Of a DNA stretch of 64,000 nt, positions 25,457 to 37,314 are shown in pieces. Position numbers and translations under genes: made by a program. The notes under the pieces are model-generated. The model did not search any database. It saw only the letters and a program-made list of their open reading frames with translations, and was not told the DNA's origin. The DNA lies in NCBI GenBank assembly GCA_903813345.2, contig CAIIXF020000001.1, positions 6,696,001-6,760,000 of the forward strand, in the 5' to 3' direction. The first letter of the stretch is position 1; every line of letters starts with the position of its first letter. This DNA is from Owenia fusiformis (Eukaryota).

Positions 25457-27426
25457 CTAAATTAACGATCTCAAAGTTTCGGTTTTGTGCATAACTGTAG
25501 TGGTAATTTGTAAGACAACCCAGGAGTGGGATCAAAAGATTTCTCCACTGTTTCCAACTGTGGGATCACACTATTTTTGGTAAAAATACAAGGAAAAAAA
25601 CTCACTTTATTTACTTTAAGTCGAATTATTTATTATATCAAACCTAAAAGCTACTTTCTATTTCAATACAAGCCTACTTCACTTGTATAATGCATTCATG
25701 GTGTAATGTATACTAATATTTGCCTTGTAATATTTGCTCTGTGCTTATCTCTTACATATGTTGTGAATATCCTGCTAGTAAATTAATTTTTATGTGTGCT
25801 GTAAATTGTACGATATAGAGATTTCTTTAAACTAAATCACCATGTATTGTTATAGTTAATTAGAAACTTATTTAATATCACCACAATTTTTGTGATACAT
25901 CCGGTCGCAGTGATTATCACTAAGAAATGTGTCTAAACATGTAGAGATTCATAACAAACAAGAGTTTATATGGAAAATTCCCTTATATATATAAAACAAT
26001 GCAACAAGTGATGATAAAGTGTATAAAAAATTTATAAACATTAAACTGATATAGGAGAGTTGTGAAATCTTTCTATAATATAATACAGATGTGATAAAAT
26101 GACAAAAGATTACATTTTATCTCTAAAAATAAAGAATGCTAATCAATATTGCTTCCAACAAGATAGGTGTAACAGGTGGCAAATGAATGGTTTATTTGTG
26201 AATAAAGTGAGGAGGGAGGAAAATCAAACTAGTTTCTTCAACTTTTTGCCTTTTTATATCAAAATTTGGAATGATTTGAGTCAGTAAATATATTGTCTAT
26301 GGTAAGGGCCTGCCATTGCCAAAATATTTCAGCTAAAGTATATATTTTTGGTTACTTTTTAAAATATAACAACTCAGCAACGAGCTACTATGTGTAAATC
26401 TGAAGCTCATTAAGATTAAAGATGTAAAAAGTAAATATTCTTCAGAATAATAATTGTGGGCATCCATATTATAGACAAATGGAAACTAATGTCTCTCTCA
26501 TACCAGAATATAAATGTATGACAGTTTAGAACTTAGTACGACAAATTTATGGTTACTATGGTAACCATTGTCATGGGTATAAAACAAGCTCAAATATATG
26601 TCCTTATGTTGTGAAAGTTTCATGAAGAAAAAAGCAAGAGAACAAACTATATAGCAATACTAACTGAACCCTCTATTGTGAAATTAGCATGATCCTTATT
26701 GTAGCCATTTTACTTGAAATTCTCTGATGTTGTTTGCTATAAAGTAGTTTTAATTGTAGATGAACACTAAAAAGAAATTCTAATTAAAAAACAAACATTG
26801 AAAAGGCAAAGAAGAATATGTACATGTTTTCTGCTGTTTTTTGTGATATATACACTAAAATCTCTATTGTGCAAGGTGAACCCCATCTAAACCAAAATAA
26901 AACTATTAAAATTTGGGGCTGATCAATTCCCAGAGGTTAATGGAGCCAATGGAAGGAATAAAAATTGGATCCATTAAAAATGATGAGCTTGTGGAAGTGT
27001 TCATTTCTGAGGGGTATTGGGTTAAGAGGTTTTTGTATATGACATTAACATCAAACACTCAAATAATTTGCACAATGGGTTTTATCGACCAATAATTGAA
27101 ATAGATTTTAGTTGTCATTTTAATTGGAATTCTGTGTAAAACATCATTCAACAAGTAATAAATCATTATTGAACAATTTACAGATAATATAATTGGGGAT
27201 TTTACTGATTTGATTTAACATAATATGCCATATGATATGATTAATCACCTCATTTTTAATAACTAAAATTATGCAAGTTCAAAGTATTAATACATTAGCA
27301 ACATCCATTTGCAACAATATTAATTGAATCAATGTTATTCTTTATACCGAGAATGAACTTTTTAATTATGAAAAGTGATATATACCTGTTTTCTTGTGAA
27401 TTATTGTAAACCTTGCTTCTGCCAGA

Positions 27427-30400
27427 ATGGATACAATATTAAGGATAATACTTTGTTCCTGTGCACTGATAGCTTCAGGTAAACATTTGTTTGAAACACT
27501 TTTTGAGGTTAGTATAACTTTTAAATTTAGGCCAAATTAATAATGAGTTATAAGTATGAATGACTGACCATATAAGAGTGGACCATAGGATATGCTTTTT
27601 TTAGCATAGACCACAAGTGTTTCCTCAATAGATTCGACTTTTTCTGTTACCTTATATCTATGTCTGAACGTAATTTCACCAACCGTGCTTCAAGAAAACA
27701 GACAAGAGATTTTTTTATATTTAATCAGAAAACTTTTGTCCTTCGTTATTCAGGTCAAGCCTCTCGCCTTAAAAAATGTCGCTGTATACCTGTTCAATTG
27801 TTACGACATGGAAATGTGACACTATCTGATGGTAGACTCTGTGGTAGTGTGGCAAAATACACATGTGGCCCTGGCCTAGCACTAATTGACCCCTCAAAAA
27901 ACAAAAAGACATGTGTAGATAGAGTGTGGATTCCTAGGGGTGCAATCAGATGCAAATCGTTTGGACAAGGTAATTTTGACATAGAAAAGCCTTAATTTCG
28001 TTTTATTATTGGTATATTAAGTTAGTCAGTGAGAATGGTATGATAAGCAATTTTCCTGTATTATTAAAAAACAGAATTTACAGCATCCGATTTACTTACA
28101 GCACCACCAGATATAAGAAATGGAATACTTCATGAACAAGCAATAGGAGAACAAAGAATTGGTCCCCAGTCTCAGAGATACTCATACAATGACTTTATGC
28201 CCCTTGCATGTACTTGTGGTTATCCAATACTTCCTGAAGGTGCATCAGTGTATCCAAATAAGGACCACTATAAATGTGGAGAAAGGGTTTCTATGGACTG
28301 TGGAAAAGCAGATTCTAAGAGTTCTATCTATTGTTCAGGTCAAGGATGGAACTGGAATGAACAAGTGAACTGTTTACGTAAGTTTTATAACATTCATAAA
28401 AGTGAAACATTTGATATAAATGTGCACCATGTAACTACATACGTAAGTTTGTATAAGTATATGAAAATATGTGTAATTGAAATACTAATGTTGTATAATG
28501 TTTCAGCATCAAAGTGCAAAGGTTTCCAGTCTCTGTGTCAAAATGGTGCACATTGTACCATTAATGGGGAAACTAGTTATCCATATTGTGAATGCTTACC
28601 AGGAACATATGGCATGTTTTGTGAAAGGTGAGAATCAAAATATGCTTAATATTTCACTGATAATAGCTTGATCATTGTACTGACTATTAAATTGAGTTTG
28701 TAAACATAAGGAAATATTATTGTAGAGTTTAATAGTTTCATGGTTAATCAGAATTTGAATCATTTTATACTTTACTATCTAAATTTGCTCAATGTTGCCA
28801 TATAAATTTAAAAGCTAAAATCTCATCTTGATTGGGGGAAAAATAAACAATGGAAAGGTTGTGACCAATACTAATTTGTTACATTCTGAAATTAACGATG
28901 ACAAATATTAGTACATTGATTTGTTGTTTTATTGATCTCTTCACTGCTTTGTATTCCGAGTTTAATGACATTCAACAATTACTACCTACTGGTGGATGCA
29001 AACCATGTTTTCATCAGCGATAACAGTAATCCTTGCAAAATCTGACATCAACATCATGACATCAACTTGTACATTTATCTCATGCAATAATCATGTCAAT
29101 TCATTTCTTTGTTCTAATAATATTATATCATGAATATTTCTTGTCTCTTATTAAAACGGCTGATATTGGAGTATTATTAATGAAGATTTGTACTACTATT
29201 TCAAATATATGAATTGACTTTATTGTGTATTCAATTATTGATCTAGTACTTGATCAAGGTAGCTGAACTCAATGGACTGTTAATTTTACTAGACTACTAT
29301 TATGAGGCCAGACAGGGCCTCCTATCAATTTTATCAATATTATAATCTTTTATTATTCCCCATCCTTTTTCTATCCTACTTCCAACTAGCTTTAAACTAT
29401 CTCCTACATGTTCCTACTAAGGATCTGGGTCAAACTTGGCAAGACATTTTTTTGTCCAGGTCAACGTCAAAATATAGGTCATATTGAATTGTTTTCAAGA
29501 TTCTCAAAGATTGACACTACACTTCAATAATGTTTTTGCAGATAGATATTAGTATTTTAATAGTGTTTGCTTTTCTTTAAACATCATCTACAAGTTCTCA
29601 GAAGTTCAAATCTGATCTGACCTTAAATAATTTGACCGTATGACCTTTGTAAGATAAAAAGTTGATTTTTCAAATTGATTTTTGGATCAAAGTTAGGTTG
29701 GCCTAAGGTCAAGGTCATCAGAGAAGGCCACAAACAATGTAATCCAAGTTTCTCAAAGTTTGAGACTACAAACAAATATTTTGGGTTGAAAATCAGGATA
29801 TACAGGGTGTCTCAAATCATTTACCCAAAACTGTGTCAACAGCACAGATAAACCAATCTATATTTTCATACATTCTTTGCATGGTCATGTAGCCAAAACA
29901 TGAAAGTTTTCTCCCAATACACCATTTTTATTTCAGTCTTGAATTATTGATGCTTTAACCCTTTACCTTTTACACCACATATTCAATGTAACCCCATATT
30001 TCGTGAGTATCCTTACTGCTACATTGTTCATCACATTTGATAGTAATTCCATTAGAATGTCTTGGATTTCCCTTTAGATGTTGCCCTTAAGTTGTTCTAG
30101 GTATTTTTGCTTGGAATGAGCATTAAAACACTCATTCGAAAAAATTCAGAGAAAGATATTTGAGGATGACGATGGTAGAACAAACACAGAGAATCAGATC
30201 AATTATCAGCAAATGATTCAGGAGTTACCTTCCAGAGTTACGCAGGATAGCCTGGAGACCAAATGATATCCAAATGAAACACAGTGGTCTCAAATTGATT
30301 GAGCCCCTCTACGCACAACAAAGGCTACACTAGAATCACAACCAATGCAGTTTCTTGAACGTCTGACCTCTCTGTATAAGGGGGCTATAAGACATTGTGA

Positions 30401-31511
30401 GGGCCTCCCTATTCAACAGATTGACAGCCCATACTTTTTTCTCCGGGGCTTTTTGAAGGACCATTTTTTGTATGCTAAACCCAAGCTAAGAGACCTAGAA
30501 CAACTTAAGACCAGCATCCGAACAGAAATCAAAGCATTCCACCAGAAATACCAAATGTGAGGAACAATGCAGTAGTAAGGATATCAGATATGAGGTTAGA
30601 TTGATTATGTAGTGTAAAAGGTAAAGGGTTAAAGCATCAAAAAGGCAAAACTGAATTAAATACTGGGTATAAGTGAAAAAGCTTACATGTTTTGACTCCC
30701 AAGACAATGCAAAAAATGTCTGAAAATATTGATTGGTTTGTTTATGCTGTTGATATACTTGAGATGACTAAGGTTCGAGTTGACTAAGGGTTGAGATGAC
30801 TTGGGGTCGACTTGACTAAGGGTTGACTTGACCTTATGAGTTGACTAAGGGTTGACTTGACTTGGGTTGAGTTGACTTGGGATTGAGTTGACCAGTTACC
30901 ATATACTTTTGGGTACATTTTTTGAGACACCCTGTATATCTTGATTTTCAACCCAAAATATTTGTTTGTAGTCTCGAACTTTGAGAAACTTGGATTATTG
31001 TTTGTGACCTACTTTGATGACCTTGACCTTTGACCTTTATAATTACTTTTCAGACCCTACCAAGTATACACAAAATTTATTTACTTGTATGTTGATTACA
31101 AACTGAACAAGTGAAATGTTTGTGGCAATTATGTTGATATTACATATTTGTTCTGTGACAAATAGTTCAACTTGGCCCATATCAGGTCTGGTAAAAATCT
31201 TATTACACCAGCTCTCAAATTTTAGATCCACCCACCACACTTACTTTACAAAAATACCGACTTAATATTTTGAAACATTCTCTATAGTAGAGCATCAGAG
31301 TTTTGAAAATGTATATTTATTTAATGTTATACAATATGTAAGGTTAATGAATTGATTAAGAGAAAAAGAGAAGGTTAAACTTCTCAAATAAATAACTTCA
31401 ACACTTAACACACTATGACTAATGAACAATTTATATTTCAGGAAAGGTCCAGGACGAGGCGAAGACAATCACAACCTCCCTCCTTTGAGGCCTTTTCCAC
31501 CAGCAGTGTAG
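27427..31511 (+). CDS. Secreted sushi-linker-sushi-EGF protein, paralog B (~244 aa)
   Basis: Exons 27427-27478 (MDTILRIILCSCALIAS), 27754-27969, 28102-28377, 28507-28627, 31442-31511. GT-AG, phase-compatible, total 735 nt. EGF CQNGAHC...CECLPGTYGMFC; Pro-rich tail LPPLRPFPPAV*. Confidence 0.8.
29803..30934 (+). mobile_element. Decayed Tc1/mariner-superfamily transposon with long TIRs and transposase remnants
   Basis: TA|cagggtgtctcaaa...tttgagacaccctg|TA; ~170-bp diverged TIRs. Remnant peptide YFFLRGFLKDHFLYAKPKLRDLEQLKTSIRTEI resembles the DFFLWGYLK..VY...P C-terminus of these transposases. Confidence 0.8.
30761..30900. repeat. 140-bp insert of ~15-bp repeats (gagttgactaagggtt-like) with an 8-bp flanking duplication
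   Basis: atatactt at 30753-30760 and 30901-30908; the insert interrupts the right TIR of the mariner-like element. Confidence 0.7.
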
Positions 31512-33240
31512 ACCTTGATGTGAGGAAGCCCTTATAAATGATATTCACATTCCTGGTAAATGTGATGTTCGCAAATATCATTTCACTGGACTACCCAGCT
31601 ATGTTGTATATACTGTAAATGATTTGAAATATATTTGGCATTATATACATATATTTGACATTATACACATCAATGAAAAACTTCCTATTAAAAAGGTTCT
31701 GTGTGTAACTAAGGAACACTTGAGTAACTCATTGCCCATTTTGTCATCCATAATCCATAATGGAACAATAAATTCAAAAAATTCAAGACAAGATGTTGTG
31801 TTTTTAATATAAACCAAGTTACCTTACAATACACAGACAACCAAATAATGCCAGATAAAAATTGAGTGATAAAAATGCAGTTAGGCTGAATCAGGAAGAA
31901 TAAACAGTAGACAGTTACAATAGACCAAATCTATAAAAACATTGCAATATCTTAATTAATGCATAACACATCACGGAAAATGCAAAGAGATACATTGTTG
32001 AATGACATCTCAATGAAATTTGCATCAAACAATTGTATTTTATTGACAAATTTCTCTTTCATTTTAATTCCATTCTGATTCAAATTATTCCATTACAATA
32101 GCTGAACAATAAGCATCTTTAATTATCCTCCTTATTTCTATCATGACTTATTCCAATATATAAAAATTGTTTCAATTTGTATAGCTAATCACATTATTAA
32201 ATGAATACTTGAAAACACCTGGGAATAATAACGAGGAAGCACAAAGGGCAACAATTAAATTTTCGTCGTCAGGAGTAAAACTAAAAACTAAATGTCATGG
32301 TGGTATTGAGCTTTCTTTGTCTTCCAAATGTTTCTCTTGATATTCTCTGAACAAATCAGTTGCTTCACCAAATCATACTTCTACTTCAAGGACTAACTGC
32401 ACTGCTGCATGACAAAATGTGTCAGTTAATCCACTGACACATTTTCCATATTCAAATGAAGAACTGCTTTTCAATTTTGAACTTGAAGTTTCATTTCATC
32501 CGATTCATGTTCATCATCATTTCAATAATAAAATTGTTTTCCCTCCCAGGATGGTTGCTTGTTGTATATTAAGATTTATAATTGTAATTTATTTTTCCCA
32601 TGTTTTTCATGGGATATGCCTTGATGATTGTTTGACAACTTAAGTTAATTTGACCTCTAATAATCATATGTTCAAACCAAATGTAAAAGGAGCAAAAAGT
32701 ATCATAGATATTTACAATAATCATAAACATTATAGACCTAAACCAAAAACAGAATTATAATATTTAAACAGAAATATTCAAGCAACCAAACAACCAAACT
32801 ATAAAACATCAATCCATCCAAGATTCTTAATGTATAAGATAAAGTTATTAATCAACGTACACCCACAAATATTGCTTTTGGGGAAGGCTAAAAGTACCAT
32901 AGATTTTGTTTTTAACCGATTTAGAATAAATTCTATTACTTTTTCGGGGAATACATGTAGGTGAACACCTGAAAAACAATTAATTATCATGTCTTGTACA
33001 GCATCAAAACAGTGACCTTGCTCTTAAATACTAAACACCAAAACAAAACCCATGATCAGCAAATATAGTGAACATGTCATTGTATACTTTATTATATGTA
33101 TGAGATGACATAAATCAATAGTAATATAATCCAACAGGCATGATTACAGTCAGGCTTTAAACATATTTAAAATCTTATCACACTATGGCATATATTAACA
33201 CTCAGGTATAAATTTACATAGTTTCTACTATATTCTTAGG

Positions 33241-36200
33241 ATGTGGGTTATTCAACCATATGTGTTATTTATATGCTTCTTATTTATTGGTAAGTTTTAG
33301 TTTTTAGTATAGTTTTAGTATTTGCTAGTGGTGGCAATATAATGGATATCATATGTCTAAAAAGATGTTGACATCAAAATTGGCAAAACAACTATAAACA
33401 GAGAGGACCAATGCGATGACATACTTCAAAGAAATAGACAAAAGCGTAAGTAAGGAAACACGAAAGGTGATTTTTCTAGGTAATATACACCCCGAATAAC
33501 AGTAAAATTCAGTTAAAAGAATAATCTATTAAAAATATAACATGCTCATTAAAAGAATGTGTTTTCTCAGCTTCTCATCTATTTTTTCCTCTTCAACTAA
33601 GGAAAGCATTAAACTTTTCAATAAAAAATGAATAAATAGTCTGATTTTCAAAATGTATTTTGAATAAATATACAAGTGGAGGTCTATAAAATCAGATATT
33701 TGAGTTATGCCCAAGCACATGGATGCATGGTCAGATACATAAGGGTTATGTACTGGGAGGTTTTGGATATGGAGATATGGAGGTTCTGGATATAGAAACC
33801 TCAAAATCAGGATACGGGATATATCTTTCCAACTTATCTCCCTAAAACTCTACTTGGCATAGGATAAAGCCAGCTTCTCCATATTTCTACACATGCTTTA
33901 TTTGGTGGGAAAATAAGTACCAATCCAATGAACAAATTCATAATACAGATCAACAATCCTGATAATGAAAATCTTATTGAAATACTTTTTAGGTGTCTTA
34001 ACAGCTGATAAACATTGCAAATGTGGTAGGTCAGCCAAGCTAACATATGGCCGTAAAGAGATGACAGGGGGTCCCAATACATGTGGAACTAGGGCAAAAT
34101 TTATATGTAAAGGACAAGGATTTTACCCATTCCCATACTCTGAACAAATCTGTACAGAGGAAGGATGGATACCAAGCAGCTCTACGCCTATCTGGTGTGA
34201 TACAGGTACTTATTTACAGAATATGTTTTTAAATGTGAGTTGATTATTATATCTAACAAGGATGAAATGCCCTGCATGTTTAACCAAACATCATTTTCAA
34301 ATAAGTGAAAAATTAATTTATCCCATAATTGGATGTGTGTGAGGCATAAAGCAGGATTATAAAATATTTTTATTTTCAAACTTTTAGACAAAAAATAAAA
34401 TTAAGGATAGAAATCCAGTTTCGTGTAAAAAGTGACATTTTTGCAAAAGTATGAGTATATTAGCGTAAGCTCTTTTCATGAAGAGGCTAATAGAATTCAA
34501 AACATCATCTAAAAATGAATGTATAAAATGGAATGAATGATCAAATGATACCATGACTATGGAACAAGGACATGAATTATTTGCATCATGCCATCTATTT
34601 GAAGAATGCTATTTGATAGCATATAATTTATTGATGGTGGATTTAATATTGTGAATTTATAGACCTGGAAAGACAACACCTCTGTAGAATTTGAATTTAT
34701 ATTTTCCAAATTCCATTGTGGTGGTTCTTCAATTATATTTATATATGTGTAATTGACATTTGTTATCAAAGAAATTCCAACAAGGCCAGCTCATGTGTGC
34801 CAATTTGGGAAAAATCCGATGATTGGTTTTCCTGAAATGGCGATGAGCAAGATTTATCGAAAAACTTCAAAATAGCCACCAGAAAACAAGATGGCCAACT
34901 AAAAGTTAATCAGCTCTAGAACTTAAAATTCTCTTATCATGCAAATTTGGAGAAAATTCCATGAGCAGTTTTCCTGAAATCATGATGACAAGATTTATCT
35001 AAAAACTTTCCAAATGGCCGCCAGAGAACAAGATGGCTGCTCAAATGTTAATCAGCTCTCGAGCTTGATATCCTCTATCATGTGTGCGAATTTGGAGAAA
35101 ATCCGATGAGAGGTTTTCCTGAAATTGCAATGACAAAAAGCAGGACAATCACGATAACGATCACGCCATCATCATGACGACTATATCCCACTGATGGTGT
35201 GATACAAATAGTTGTATAATTTATTCTAGTATAGTGACACAGCTAAAATAAACCAATCTCTTGTACAGATTATGAAACTGGCATTCTTATACATCATTCT
35301 CAGATTTCATACAGTATTCATGCATCTTGAAAGTCATATAGTTTCTGTGTGATTTTATAAAAATTCAAAAATGTTGATAAGATATGTATGAGCTACCCCT
35401 AAACATGCTGTATTAGTCCATTTGTCATTTTCTTAACGTACGAATATTTAAAAACATGATGTTTTTCTGTGCAAATACTATCATTAGGGTTTATTGGAGT
35501 GATTTAGCTGGGTTGCCAAAAAATTAACGTTGGGGAAATTTTTTGTATCTATCACCATGGTAACATACCAGGTACATGGTGGTATCCCAACACTAAGTCA
35601 ATAGTCAACGCCATGTTAAGCCAATGCACCCCTCCCTAATTAGCCGATATACTTTTTTCCCCAAACTAACTTTTTGTCCAACCCAGTAAAATCACTTCAG
35701 AAAACCCTTGTTATTATAAATTAACCATAAAACATCTTGTTTTTAACAATTCATAGGTTCACTATAGTATGTATAGGGGTGACAAATGGACTATATAAAT
35801 AAAGCATAGTAAACTTGGAACTTAGTTCACCACTAAAAATACCCTCATTTGTGATCACCCTCAAATCAGCCATGTCAATGTTATGCAGAGACATATAAAA
35901 CATGTGTAAGGATAATATAAAGTTCATTTGTGAAGTTCATTTACGAGATTAATACTTAAATACCCCTACTACACATGTAAATTACCTTTGATAAAAGTTA
36001 CAAATACACAATGACAAGCAAACATTTAAAACTATATGAGTAAAGCCCAAAATCCCAACACTTATTCCAAGATATCTATAATTGATTCGCTATTTAAAAA
36101 GTTGAAATTTGATACATTTAGCAAAATGCCCTATGTTAACATGTGAACATGGAGCATGTAAAGGTGGAGCTGTGTGTGAATGTGAGCCAGGATGGATAGG

Positions 36201-37314
36201 GGACAGGTGTGATCTAAACATAGGTAAACTACACAACTGTATTGGCTTAACTAGATCTGTTTAAACATAGGTAAACTACACAAATGTATTGGCTTAACTA
36301 GATCTGTTTACCAAATTACCATTAGCATATCTGTTCAAATAATTCATAAACAGATCTAACAGATTTTATCATTCCTATTCATTTAACGATTTATTAGTAG
36401 TTTCTCATAAAAATATATATCTTGCTAATTGGTTGAATTTTCTAACAGAAATCACATCATCCCCTCATCTTATTTCGTCTAATTTATGGCTGTAAATATG
36501 GGACGGCAGACACATTAGACTGCATTGATCGTCGTGCCCTTTCCAGAGATGCATTCGAGTGCAATAATATTTTAATAGCTATTTACTTTTCTTTCTTTTC
36601 TAAAGAACATGAGTGTAGACACATTGAATGCTTCAATGGTGGAACATGTGACTTGTACAAGGACATAGGCATGCCTTATTGTGTCTGTAAGCCTTTCTAT
36701 GGAGACTATCAATGCTCAACATATAATTGTAAGAAATGCATTTTATTATTATTGTAACAAAGGCTCACCTTAATCAGTGATCTCCACATGATTTTTTCTC
36801 AAGTGGGTGCAAAATTCTCATTTTCACAATTCAGACCAAAATTGGTCTTTCATGATTTTTCCAATTTTCAAGTGAGTGCAAATGGATTTTCAGGTGGATG
36901 CAAGCCTATTTTCAAAACCTCAGGTGGGTGCTGCGCCCACTTGCTTTGATGCTGGGGAGTTCACTGTTTATACATGTGAAACTCCTATACTCAATGCTGA
37001 AATGTCTCAATACACAAATCCTATTCAAGTAATTGATAGTTAGTGGGACAAATAATTTTTCTTGAATTCCAAAAATATTATCAAACCTTTGTGCTTATGT
37101 ACATACTAATTCAAACAGCATGTTAACCATTTTAGCTGAGGATCCATGTTTTGACATGATATGTGGTTTTGGTGAATGTGTCTACGATGAGGAGAACAAC
37201 ACAAGAAAATGCAAGTGTGAGAAAAACTGGCACGGGCCTCAATGTTTTGAATATACAGTACCTCAGAACATTGACTGGGAAAGCCTTGGCTGGGATAACA
37301 TGAATGTACGCTAA
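33241..37314 (+). CDS. Secreted sushi-EGF-EGF-EGF protein, paralog C (~221 aa)
   Basis: Exons 33241-33289 (MWVIQPYVLFICFLFI), 33993-34205, 36122-36223, 36606-36728, 37136-37314. All introns phase 1 and GT-AG, total 666 nt. EGFs CEHGAC..CECEPGWIGDRC, CFNGGTC..CVCKPFYGDYQC, CGFGEC..CKCEKNWHGPQC. Confidence 0.85.
34779..35208 (+). mobile_element. HINE-like element with ~145-bp internal repeats
   Basis: Starts aacaagg; repeats tcatg..aatttgg..aaaat(c/t)c..atga at ~34791, ~34937 and ~35078; ends with a short-motif tract and imperfect hairpin. Confidence 0.55.
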
